This document shows positions 20,342 through 29,580 of a stretch of 64,000 nucleotides of DNA, one piece after another. The stretch is taken from the NCBI GenBank assembly GCA_038883775.1, contig JAVZLM010000001.1:32001-96000 (forward strand). Reading direction: 5' to 3'. The stretch comes from Candidatus Bathyarchaeia archaeon (GTDB taxonomy: Archaea; Thermoproteota; Bathyarchaeia; Bathyarchaeales; Bathycorpusculaceae). Positions within the stretch are counted from its first letter, which is position 1. Each line of letters opens with the position of its first letter. Made by a program: the position numbers and the translations under genes. The notes below the pieces were generated by a model. That model had not been told where the DNA came from. It worked only from the letters and a program-made list of their open reading frames with translations, and made no database searches.

Positions 20342-21454
20342 ATGGGAAAATGCAGGATTTGTGGTGAAAGTTCGCCTACAATATCGGAGAATTTGGGTGC
20401 CTGCCTTAAATGTATAAGAGAGAAGCCGGAAGAGGCGCTTGTGATTGCAAATGAAGCACATGCGAAAAGTCGGGCGGTTTATGGTTTGCCTTCTAAGCCG
20501 CCGAGGGATGAGGGTGGGCTTGCATGTGGGGTTTGTGCTAACAATTGTGTTATTGGTGTTGGCAATAGCGGTTTTTGTGGTTTGGTTTGGAATGTTGGTG
20601 GGTGTTTGGTGCGTTTTGGCGGCACCATTGACAAGGGCGTTTTGGAATGGTATTATGATGGTTTGCCAACCAACTGCGTAAGCTGGTGGTTTTGTCCAGG
20701 CTGCACTGGAAGCGGTTATCCAAAATACGCCTATAAGCCCGAGCCAGAGTATGGTTATTATAATTTGGCGGTTTTTTACGGCGCCTGCAGCTACGACTGT
20801 CTCTTCTGTCAGAACTGGCATTACCGCAACCTATCAGCCAAACACAAGCCTGTCATGAGCGCTGAAGCTCTAGCCTCTCGCGTGGAAAAGCATGTTTCTT
20901 GCATATGCTATTTTGGCGGTGACCCTTCGCCTCAAATGCCTCATTCATTGGAGGTTAGTCGCATAGCCTTAGAAAAGGCAAGGGCTGAAAATCGTATTTT
21001 GCGGGTTTGCTGGGAAACAAACGGCTATATGAACCCGAAACTGGCTGAACGGGCGGCGGAATACGCTTTAGCAAGCGGAGGCAACATAAAATTCGACTTA
21101 AAAGCCTATACTGAAGAGTTGGCATTGGCGCTCTGTGGAGTATCCAACAAGCCTTCCTTGGAAAATTTTCGCCTAATAGGAGAAAAATATTACAGTAACC
21201 GTGAAGAATTACCCATGTTAACGGCTAGTACTCTGCTTGTGCCTGGTTATGTGGATGCTGAAGAGGTTGAAAACCTTGCCAAATTCATAAGTGAAGTAAA
21301 CGTGAATATTCCGTATACGCTTTTGGCTTTTTATCCATGCTATGTGATGAATGATTTGCCAACAACCACCAAAAAACAAGCTTTAGAATGCCAAAAAGCC
21401 GCACAAAAACACCTAAAAAACACACGCATAGGAAACATACACCTACTAACATGA
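20342..21454 (+). CDS. Radical SAM protein (PFL-activase-like, Cys-rich N-terminus)
   Basis: CSYDCLFC, GGDP, ETNG, FDLKA. Confidence 0.9.
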   Translation: MGKCRICGESSPTISENLGACLKCIREKPEEALVIANEAHAKSRAVYGLPSKPPRDEGGLACGVCANNCVIGVGNSGFCGLVWNVGGCLVRFGGTIDKGVLEWYYDGLPTNCVSWWFCPGCTGSGYPKYAYKPEPEYGYYNLAVFYGACSYDCLFCQNWHYRNLSAKHKPVMSAEALASRVEKHVSCICYFGGDPSPQMPHSLEVSRIALEKARAENRILRVCWETNGYMNPKLAERAAEYALASGGNIKFDLKAYTEELALALCGVSNKPSLENFRLIGEKYYSNREELPMLTASTLLVPGYVDAEEVENLAKFISEVNVNIPYTLLAFYPCYVMNDLPTTTKKQALECQKAAQKHLKNTRIGNIHLLT

Positions 21455-21572
21455 GACAATAAACCAAATAGTATGGCTCTCGCTTTTTCGTTCACGGCAC
21501 CTTCAAACAGTGAATGTATTGTTTCTCTCTTGTGGTTCTTGGAATATTAAGCCACACGGCACTATTATTCAA

Positions 21573-22649
21573 TTACTTGAAACTTAAGTTTTTCTTTATT
21601 TTTTTGATCGTGGCTGTCAAAAGTTTCACGGCGTTAACGACGTCATTAACGTCCAAAACCTCGTAAGAATGCGCATACCTAGTTGGAATGGATATCACTC
21701 CACTTGGAACCCCTTCCCTCGTCAAATGAATTGTAGCTGCATCCGTAGAACCTCTAGGTAAAACTTCCATTTGATACGGGATCTTCTCCTCCTCAGCTGT
21801 CGAAATCAGAAGCTCCCTCACTTTTGGATGAGAAATCAAACCCAAAAAACCACCAGCTTCATCCATGACTTTAATGGCTGGGCCAGCACCAAGTTTCGTG
21901 ACTTGATCCTTCTCGGCGACGCCCGGAATGTCCCCCGCAAGCGTTATGTCAACAGCAATAGCCATGTTAGGAGCAATCCTATAAGCTGCAACTTGCGCTC
22001 CACGACAACCAACCTCTTCCTGCACGGATGCCACACCATAAACATTCGCTTCAAGGTTTTCTTTCGCTAATTTTTTCATAGTCTCGATAATAACACAAAC
22101 ACCCACACGATCATCAAACGCCTTACTCGCAATGATATTTCCCGAACCCAAAACCTTAAACGGACGCTCAAAAGTAACTGGATCCCCTATTCGCACGCCC
22201 AACTTTTCAACATCATCCCTGTTCTTAGCGCCAACATCGATGAAAAAAGCCTTCAAATCAGGCATTTTATTGGCTTCTTCGGGCGTTTCCGGCGGCTTAC
22301 AGTTTATTAAACCAGATATAGGGCCTTTCCTGCCATAAACTACTATGGGCTGAGAGAACAAAACTCGAGGAGAAATTCCGCCCACTTTCTCAAAATAGAG
22401 AAAGCCCTTGTCATCGATGTGCTTAACGATAAGTCCAATTTCGTCCATATGAGCTGCAAGCATAACCTTTGGAGCATCTTTTACAGAAGCATTCTTAAGC
22501 GATATCACGTTTCCAAAATTATCTATCTCAATCGAGTCAGCATACTTTTCAAGTTGACGATAGACAACTTTTCTAATATCAATCTCATATCCGGAAACCC
22601 CAGATGCGCTTGTTAAAGACTCCAAGAGACGCTTAATTTCCTCTTCCAA
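21573..22649 (-). CDS. M42 family aminopeptidase (TET-like)
   Basis: SGYE, AAHMDEIG, AFDDR, QEEVG, GSTDA, RYAHS. Confidence 0.93.
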   Translation of the reverse strand: MEEEIKRLLESLTSASGVSGYEIDIRKVVYRQLEKYADSIEIDNFGNVISLKNASVKDAPKVMLAAHMDEIGLIVKHIDDKGFLYFEKVGGISPRVLFSQPIVVYGRKGPISGLINCKPPETPEEANKMPDLKAFFIDVGAKNRDDVEKLGVRIGDPVTFERPFKVLGSGNIIASKAFDDRVGVCVIIETMKKLAKENLEANVYGVASVQEEVGCRGAQVAAYRIAPNMAIAVDITLAGDIPGVAEKDQVTKLGAGPAIKVMDEAGGFLGLISHPKVRELLISTAEEEKIPYQMEVLPRGSTDAATIHLTREGVPSGVISIPTRYAHSYEVLDVNDVVNAVKLLTATIKKIKKNLSFK

Positions 22650-22775
22650 CCCTTTTCACCCAATACCTCAAGAACTTTGCACTATACCTCTCTCATCAAT
22701 AAAAGATTTTTCTATAAACAAGCAACGCACCCTATCAACTCAAAATACATAGCTAAAGACCCTACAAGCACATGT

Positions 22776-22970
22776 TCAAGATATCCAAAACGATGTTTTC
22801 TTTTTCATTATGTTAATGTACTCATTTAATGCTTCCTGCTCCTCCACACTCAACTTATCCATAAACATAGTCTGCAAAGCCTTCGCATGTTGCTCTGGCA
22901 CCTTCACATACAAGATATCCTTCTCAAAAAGTGTCTACCCACCATAGGCTTGTCAAAGCTTATGGCAACC
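22776..22970 (-). pseudogene. Frameshifted, diverged 3'-end fragment of aIF5B (infB)
   Basis: Translates VAISFDKPMVGRH/FEKDILYVKVPEQHAKALQTMFMDKLSVEEQEALNEYINIMKKKTSFWIS*, against VAISLDKPMVGRHIFEKDTLYVKVPEAHAKALLKDFMDKLTPDEQEALNEYVGLMRKKMPFWAA* in the intact gene. Confidence 0.9.
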
Positions 22971-23050
22971 GCAAGCAGAAAACAAGCCATGGAATGCCAA
23001 AAAGCAGCGGAAAAACACCTAAAAACACCCGCATAGGAAACATACTATAA
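22966..23050 (+). pseudogene. Frameshifted 3'-end fragment of the radical SAM gene
   Basis: aaaacaagccatggaatgccaaaaagcagcggaaaaacacctaaaaacacccgcataggaaacatac matches 21373-21440 (KQAMECQKAAEKHLK/TRIGNI vs KQALECQKAAQKHLKNTRIGNI). Confidence 0.88.
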
Positions 23051-23110
23051 TATTAGGGAGAATAGTTAACCGAGACGCCAATATTTTTAAATTTGCCAAG
23101 CAGCACTTTA

Positions 23111-24235
23111 CTAAGGCTTTTGCAGCCGCTTTTGAATAGCCCTTGCTTTCCTATAGTTTAAGGCTGTAAACACAGCCAGCACCGCTATTGCCACTGCTTC
23201 GGCTATAATGCCAACCGCCATGTAAGTTAACAGCTTCTCCGTTGCAGCTGTAGATGTTTCTCTGTTGTGGAGCCATTCGCTGGCGCTCCAACCGCCAAGC
23301 CTTAACGTTCCATCATCATTTGCCAGCCCCCAGCCCCCGTCTCCATCATACATGGCAAAGTAGGTTATTATTTCGAAGCGACTGCTTGCAAATTCAAAAT
23401 ACTGTTTAATTAGCTCCGCCTTAGAGGCTTCGCATGAAGCCATGCCGAAATCCCAGTGATGGGCGGGCTTCCACATTCTAAAACCGTATTCGCCTATGAA
23501 GACTTTTTTCCCGCTCTTTTCAAAATACGCTGCGTAATCAAGTATATGTTGAGTGTCAATGTCATCTTTTATGGTGGAATAGGGTTGAATGAAGTAGGCA
23601 TCAGCGTTTTCAATAAACCTAACTGGAAAGTCTCGCGGGATTCCTTCGCTTTCCACAGCACATTTTACGCCGAAGCTTTTGACAAAAGCTACAATATCCT
23701 TGATGGCGTTGTTGAATTCTGTGCTGTTTATACGCTGCAAACACTCCTCATAGGTTATGCCAGCCACCGCTGGAAACGGGATTGGATAAAAGACCGAAAC
23801 ATAAAGCACATGCGAATATTTTGAAGAGGCATTGGCTATTACGCGCAATTCTGCCTTATAGCTTTGCACAATAGTCTCGTTTGGAAAATCCCTAGTTGAA
23901 AACTTGTTATTCCAGTAGGTGGCATGTGTAGCCCAAATAACCTTCAAACCCAAACGCTGCGTATACTCCAGTATAAGCTCAACCAAATCAAGCTCAACCA
24001 CATACTCGTAATGAATGCGGACGCCGTCAAAACCCATAAGCTTAATCAGTTCAAGGTCTCGGGCCACCTGTGTCCAATTGTTGCCTTTGTGATACTGGAA
24101 CCAGTAAGGTGAATACGCCAAAAACACAAGCGTTTTGGGCTTGGAGCCGAAAAAGCAGTAGAAACTAAACCCAAACTGGGAAACCGACAGTAAAACAGCC
24201 AATTCTAAAACCGCAAGGCTATTCGCTAAACCCAC
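23111..24235 (-). CDS. Secreted, C-terminally membrane-anchored clan GH-A (GH5/GH2-like) glycoside hydrolase-like protein
   Basis: Signal-like N-terminus, DLELIKLMGFDGVRI, VFIGEYG nucleophile motif, WGL, C-terminal TM helix plus basic tail. Confidence 0.7.
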   Translation of the reverse strand: MGLANSLAVLELAVLLSVSQFGFSFYCFFGSKPKTLVFLAYSPYWFQYHKGNNWTQVARDLELIKLMGFDGVRIHYEYVVELDLVELILEYTQRLGLKVIWATHATYWNNKFSTRDFPNETIVQSYKAELRVIANASSKYSHVLYVSVFYPIPFPAVAGITYEECLQRINSTEFNNAIKDIVAFVKSFGVKCAVESEGIPRDFPVRFIENADAYFIQPYSTIKDDIDTQHILDYAAYFEKSGKKVFIGEYGFRMWKPAHHWDFGMASCEASKAELIKQYFEFASSRFEIITYFAMYDGDGGWGLANDDGTLRLGGWSASEWLHNRETSTAATEKLLTYMAVGIIAEAVAIAVLAVFTALNYRKARAIQKRLQKP

Positions 24236-24306
24236 GGCTTCTCCCTAGTTCATAAGGTTAGGTGGCTGGCTCAATTTTAATGTTTACTCAAAGTCGCGGT
24301 TAACTG

Positions 24307-26088
24307 CTAAGCTGCCCAGAAAGGCATTTTCTTCCGCATCAAGCCAACATACTCGTTTAATGCTTCCTGCTCGTCTGGTGTTAGCTTGTCCATAAAGTCT
24401 TTCAACAACGCCTTAGCGTGGGCTTCTGGCACCTTAACGTATAGTGTGTCTTTTTCAAAAATGTGTCTTCCGACCATGGGCTTGTCTAGGCTTATTGCTA
24501 CTTGCATACCCTTACCCGCTTCTGATAACGCTTTACCTTTTTCTTGAATCTGCTGTATCTCACCCACTTCTTCGCCGTCCTCAGCCCTTACCAGCGCAAG
24601 TTTAGGCTTAATCTTTCCAGCCAAAACTTCCACGCCAACTATCGCTGGCTTAGCCCTTCTAAAAACGTAGCCTTCCATTATCTGGATTTTGGCGGGTTTA
24701 ACAAGATTCGCAAATTCCTGCTCAATCTTTGCTTCCCGTTGACTCTTAAGCCAAGACAAATAATTATCTATCAAATGGTAAATTATTTTCTCTTGAAAAA
24801 TTTGAACACCTTTAGCATTTGCTTCTTCTTGGGCGTCTGGCAAAATTTTAACGTTAAAAGCCAAAACAACCCCAAAATAAGGCTCGTGCTCCTTAACAAC
24901 AGAAGCTTCAGTAACATCCCGCTTTGAAACGTCGCCAACATCCGCAAGCCGAACAGGCACATTATTACGTTTTAGGTTTTCGGCAATAGCCTCCAAAGAG
25001 CCCAGCGTATCCGCCTTCAAAACAATCCCCTCAACATCCGTCGCAATCCTAATACGCTCAATCTCCTCAGAAACCACCCTAACATAATCATCCACTTTTT
25101 CGCCTTCACCAACAGCATACAAAGGCGCCCCAGCTAAGGCACCTTCCAAACCAGGCGCAACAATCTTCACTCCTGCCGCAGCAGAAACAGAATCCACAGA
25201 AGAAAAACGGTCCCGCGGATCCCTAATCTCGTCTAATGGTTTGGGAACCAAAATAGCCCTAATCCGCGTTACGATTGGCTTTTCCTTGCCGCCAACAACA
25301 ATCAAATCATCCTTCCGCAATATTCCATCGTAAACGATAGTGTTAAGCGTCAAACCTAAACCGGGTTCTTCCTTAACCTCCAAAACCGTGCCTTTCGCTG
25401 GTCCCCTTGTTGTCTGCAGTTCCTTCTTCAAATACTGCTGTGTCAAACCAACCAAAACCATGAGAAGCTCTGTTATGCCCTCGCCGGTCTTTGCGCTTGT
25501 GGGCACAATCGCTATGGTTTTCGTAAAATCCCTTATGCGGTCAAAACGGTCAGCCCTAAAACCCTGACGCGAAAAAACCCCAATAATGTCGTATATCCTA
25601 TTATCCAAATCTTGCTTCACATAAGTATCTTGCATTTGATAAGCCTTCATGAAAGGCGTGTCCGGATAAGAATTCCATCCGGGAATGCGGTCTATCTTGT
25701 TGGCTGCCACCAAAAAAGGAGTTTTGCGCGCCTTCAGTATCTCGATACACTCATAAGTTTGAGCCTCAAAACCCCTCAAAATGTCAATGACAAGAATGGC
25801 TATGTCGGCGACGCTTCCACCCCGCTTTCGCAAATTAGTAAAAGCCTCATGCCCAGGGGTGTCAATAACAAGCAAACCTGGAATCTCCAACTCACCCTTA
25901 ACCATGGATAAAAGCGGGCCAACAAGCTGCTTAAGCGTGTCAACTGGAAAGAAGCTTGCGCCAATATGCTGTGTTATTCCACCCGCCTCGCGGGCTTGAA
26001 CGCTTGTCTTGCGAATTTTGTCCAAAAGCAAAGTCTTACCAGTATCCACATGCCCCAGAACGCAAACAATAGGCTGACGAATAGACAT
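24307..26088 (-). CDS. infB: Translation initiation factor aIF5B (IF-2)
   Basis: GHVDTGKT, GGITQHIGA, DTPGHEAF, NKID. Confidence 0.97.
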   Translation of the reverse strand: MSIRQPIVCVLGHVDTGKTLLLDKIRKTSVQAREAGGITQHIGASFFPVDTLKQLVGPLLSMVKGELEIPGLLVIDTPGHEAFTNLRKRGGSVADIAILVIDILRGFEAQTYECIEILKARKTPFLVAANKIDRIPGWNSYPDTPFMKAYQMQDTYVKQDLDNRIYDIIGVFSRQGFRADRFDRIRDFTKTIAIVPTSAKTGEGITELLMVLVGLTQQYLKKELQTTRGPAKGTVLEVKEEPGLGLTLNTIVYDGILRKDDLIVVGGKEKPIVTRIRAILVPKPLDEIRDPRDRFSSVDSVSAAAGVKIVAPGLEGALAGAPLYAVGEGEKVDDYVRVVSEEIERIRIATDVEGIVLKADTLGSLEAIAENLKRNNVPVRLADVGDVSKRDVTEASVVKEHEPYFGVVLAFNVKILPDAQEEANAKGVQIFQEKIIYHLIDNYLSWLKSQREAKIEQEFANLVKPAKIQIMEGYVFRRAKPAIVGVEVLAGKIKPKLALVRAEDGEEVGEIQQIQEKGKALSEAGKGMQVAISLDKPMVGRHIFEKDTLYVKVPEAHAKALLKDFMDKLTPDEQEALNEYVGLMRKKMPFWAA

Positions 26089-26185
26089 TTCCGCAGCATC
26101 CTCTTTTTCTAGCAGTGAACAAACTAACGGTTTAATAGGCATTCAATAATAAATAAACCATTCCCAATACACATACGGCTTAGTG

Positions 26186-26386
26186 CTATTCTGTTTTGGC
26201 AGTTAACATTAAAACGCCCAACGCTAACAAAACAATGCTTAGGAATCCGAAAAGTCCAGTGTAGGCTCCCAAATCATTAAAACTCGTAAACGTGAAGTAT
26301 GTAGCCAAGGCGCCAATAATCATAATTAACAAACCAAAGAATCTTTCAGCCAATGCCATTCCGAAACCAGCTTCTCCTTCACTCAT
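26186..26386 (-). CDS. Small two-TM membrane protein
   Basis: 66 aa, two hydrophobic helices, GAGG SD. Confidence 0.7.
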   Translation of the reverse strand: MSEGEAGFGMALAERFFGLLIMIIGALATYFTFTSFNDLGAYTGLFGFLSIVLLALGVLMLTAKTE

Positions 26387-26462
26387 ATCTTTAGCCTCTT
26401 CTTCGTTTCTAATGGCTTTTACATAAAGACATAAACGGTTATTTTAAATTTCCCTTAGGGCT

Positions 26463-27554
26463 TCACTTTTCCTCTTCAAGTTTTTCTGGCAAATATTCAT
26501 CAACTATGTAGGTTAATCCATATCTGCTGAAGGCTTCTTGCTCAGCCTTCTTCCTAATTTTCATAAAGGTTTTGATTTCCCTTTGCCACAGGGGGTCTTT
26601 GTAGCGGGGGTCTCGCTGCAATTCATAAAGCCTCTTCATATCCACCTCGTCCAATGGGTCTGTTGGCAATTTATAATTGACTATGTCTGTTGCCCAAACA
26701 CCGCTCCATTTTGCGTCTGGTGTATTTAGTTCTCTTAGGTGGGCTGCGTTGGCTGAACCAGAGATTATTACCATGGCTATGTGCATTCCCCATGGGTCGC
26801 CATCCGTAAAAATGTAAACTGGAAGATTCAGTTCCTGATTTAGTCTTCTAATGAAGTGTCTTGTGGCTCTTGGTGCTTGTCCCGCCGTTAAAACGAGTAT
26901 AGCATTAAACTTTTTGTGCACGTTTTCTTCTATAAAGCGTGTGAATAAGCCGCCCTTCTCTATGGCTATGACCTTGTCTGCTGTTGTTTTCACGAATTCC
27001 GCAGAAGTCAATGCTGGTCCAATGAGGACGCCGTCTGGATGCGAAGTCAAATTTAGGGTTCTTCCCTCATAGCCTGGCACCGTATATTCTATAGTTAAGT
27101 CGCCGAAAACAGCCGAACGTTCCTCTGGGAAAATGCTGAAATCTTCTCTTGAAAATCCTAAAACTGTTTCCAAATCTGTTACAATATTATTTGATTCTTC
27201 CTGATCTGTAAATGTCATCTCATAGGCTTGGGCTGAATAATAAACATCCCTTAAAGTGGAAGTTTTCCTCTGCGAAGTGAGTTCATGAGAGAAGAGCGCC
27301 GCCCAAATGAGTTGTGTGAAGGGTTTTAAGTGGCGGATGTTGCGGGCGCTTCTTCGAACAGTCTTATTTCCTAAAATGTATTGTCTCAGTTGCGGGTCAT
27401 AGTGGATGTTTTCTGTTGAGCGGCTTGGCATTGTTATTGATGGGAAATATCCGCTATCAAGCTGCTCATAGGTTTTAAGCCCGAGGTTTTCTAAGCTTGC
27501 TAAGACTTCTTTCCGCTTTTCCATAATGCTGATTTTATGTTTCTTCTGCTCCAA
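26463..27554 (-). CDS. top6A: DNA topoisomerase VI subunit A
   Basis: TLRDVYY (catalytic Tyr), IEK, TDGDPWG, KAEQEA. Confidence 0.96.
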   Translation of the reverse strand: MEQKKHKISIMEKRKEVLASLENLGLKTYEQLDSGYFPSITMPSRSTENIHYDPQLRQYILGNKTVRRSARNIRHLKPFTQLIWAALFSHELTSQRKTSTLRDVYYSAQAYEMTFTDQEESNNIVTDLETVLGFSREDFSIFPEERSAVFGDLTIEYTVPGYEGRTLNLTSHPDGVLIGPALTSAEFVKTTADKVIAIEKGGLFTRFIEENVHKKFNAILVLTAGQAPRATRHFIRRLNQELNLPVYIFTDGDPWGMHIAMVIISGSANAAHLRELNTPDAKWSGVWATDIVNYKLPTDPLDEVDMKRLYELQRDPRYKDPLWQREIKTFMKIRKKAEQEAFSRYGLTYIVDEYLPEKLEEEK

Positions 27555-29064
27555 ATCGTCTCACACTCCTCAACAACTTATCAATATCTGGAAGTTTCTC
27601 TTTACCCGCTAATTTGGCTGAAAACTGGGCTATTTTTGGCAAATACTTACTAAAAACGCCCAATCTTTTCTTTTCTCTATCCACATGCTCTATTCTTGTT
27701 AAGAAATGTTGGATTTGGCGGGCAACCTCTCTGAGGCCGTTGGCTATTTCCCTTCTAACCTCTGGTCTGTCAGCGATAAATTCTTTGCCAACGGTTTTGT
27801 ATGGAACCTTTGTACTGCAAATGTGAACCATTATGGCGATGGGCATGTCTGGCGTCACTTTGTATCTGCGCCAATTCATTGCCTCTATCACTTTAACTGA
27901 AACATCGCTGGCTTCATCATAAAGTAGTGGAATCCTATTAGCAAAACGGTAAATTAGGAACCCATCCTTTTTTGGAATTTCTCCGCCGTAGGCTATTCCA
28001 ACTTCAACAATGAAGGGATGTCCCGCATAAGTTGCTGGTTTGCGCTGGTGAACAGCCACAAACTCTGGTTTAAGCTCCTTCATTATCCCCGCTTTTAGCA
28101 ACTCTTCACCCAAAGGCGATAGACAGCTTGCATCTGGCGCCAAGAAATCCTTGAACCTTTTGAGCATGTGCATTAATCTAACAATTTCTTCGTGAGTAAG
28201 CTTCTTGGGGTTTTTTGAGGGGCTTATGTTGCTGAACTCCAAAAACTTTTGGGCTGTGACTTCTCCGACTCTGTGGAAATGGTTTTTCAAAAAATCAAGC
28301 ATATTTTTGTGGGGGGTTATCTGTATAAGCCTTTGAAGGAGTTCCACATCAACACCGTAAGGATGCGGTTTCGTCTCTTTTGGTGGTTCCGGCATCTCCT
28401 TTGTTACTCTTGTAAACTTGTAAAGCCTTCCTTTTGGGTCAACAAAGGTCAAATTTGCGTATGGGTTCACCATAGCTGTCTGTTTAAAATAATCCAAAAT
28501 TTTTGGCATAGCCCTGAAATAGTCGCCTTCTAAGGTGAATTCAACGATGGTTCCCCGCCACGCTTCCTTGTTTAACAAGATTTTTCTGTCAAGGATTATG
28601 GGGCGGTTTCTTTGTATGTCAATCATAAGCTTATACATGTAAATTTTCGTTATGCCAGTGCTTGAAATTATGGTGGCTGGCTGATGAGTCGTAATTTGAC
28701 CATACAAAAGCGCCATTTTCCCGCCTAAACCAAAGGTTCCCCTCTGCTGCTTCAGCTTATACTTTGAGCCGTAAAGCACCTGTCCAAAGGCGGATGGAAT
28801 ATGCCGTGGAGGAACCCCAATGCCATTGTCCTCAACCCTCAATCGGTAAATTTGGGTTTCTTTGCTGGCTTCCCCCTCATAAGAAAGCCTCACGTAAATG
28901 TCTGGTGGTATTTTTAGGCTTTCGGCGGCATCCAAAGAGTTTTCGACTAACTCTCTTATGGCTGCAAAAATTGCTCTGGATGGGTTGGTAAAGCCAGCAA
29001 TATCCCGATTACGGTAGAAAAAGTCGGAAGCGCTAATTTCTTCGAAGGTTGTTTGAGCCACCAC
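27535..29064 (-). CDS. top6B: DNA topoisomerase VI subunit B
   Basis: ELVENSLDA, DNGIG, RGTFGLG, RFANRIPL. Confidence 0.96.
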   Translation of the reverse strand: MVAQTTFEEISASDFFYRNRDIAGFTNPSRAIFAAIRELVENSLDAAESLKIPPDIYVRLSYEGEASKETQIYRLRVEDNGIGVPPRHIPSAFGQVLYGSKYKLKQQRGTFGLGGKMALLYGQITTHQPATIISSTGITKIYMYKLMIDIQRNRPIILDRKILLNKEAWRGTIVEFTLEGDYFRAMPKILDYFKQTAMVNPYANLTFVDPKGRLYKFTRVTKEMPEPPKETKPHPYGVDVELLQRLIQITPHKNMLDFLKNHFHRVGEVTAQKFLEFSNISPSKNPKKLTHEEIVRLMHMLKRFKDFLAPDASCLSPLGEELLKAGIMKELKPEFVAVHQRKPATYAGHPFIVEVGIAYGGEIPKKDGFLIYRFANRIPLLYDEASDVSVKVIEAMNWRRYKVTPDMPIAIMVHICSTKVPYKTVGKEFIADRPEVRREIANGLREVARQIQHFLTRIEHVDREKKRLGVFSKYLPKIAQFSAKLAGKEKLPDIDKLLRSVRRFGAEET

Positions 29065-29157
29065 TTGTTTTTCACCGGCACTCTTGCGTCAACAACATTT
29101 CTAATGGTATGGTTCAGCTATCTATTTAATTTAACTACGGTTTTCGGTTGTTTTTGT

Positions 29158-29580
29158 TCATTTTCTGAAGGGATTGGGCAAGAGCGCTTCGAGACTTTTT
29201 ACTTTAACGGTTTCAAACAAGATTTTGCCTCTTTCTGTTTTTGCCGTAACAATTTTAATTTTGGGATTTTTTGCAAAATCACTGATGTATTGAAGGCAAG
29301 CACCGCAAGATATTGGTTCATTTTTGTTTTCTTTATCCATGACTATGGCTATTTCTTCGATTTTTCGGTTACCATGGAGAATGGCGTGGTCGATGGCGCA
29401 TCTTTCAGCACATGTTCCAAGTCCAGAAATCCAGCTTTCAACATTGCAGCCTTCATAAATTTTGCCGTCCTCTACAAGCACAGCAGCTCCCACCTTAAAG
29501 CCCCAAAGCACATAAGCCCTATCCATCGCTTTGGAAGCAGCTTCCAACAATTCTTTTTCGTTTTCTCTTATTTTCTTCAT
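29158..29580 (-). CDS. cdd: Cytidine deaminase
   Basis: VGAA, GCNVE, CAERCA, SCGACLQ, LLPNPF. Confidence 0.9.
   Translation of the reverse strand: MKKIRENEKELLEAASKAMDRAYVLWGFKVGAAVLVEDGKIYEGCNVESWISGLGTCAERCAIDHAILHGNRKIEEIAIVMDKENKNEPISCGACLQYISDFAKNPKIKIVTAKTERGKILFETVKVKSLEALLPNPFRK

Noticed and set aside
21490-21562. Short direct repeat CACGGCAC (two copies) downstream of the M42 gene
   Set aside because: Only 8 bp and two copies, flanking no recognisable element; could be chance
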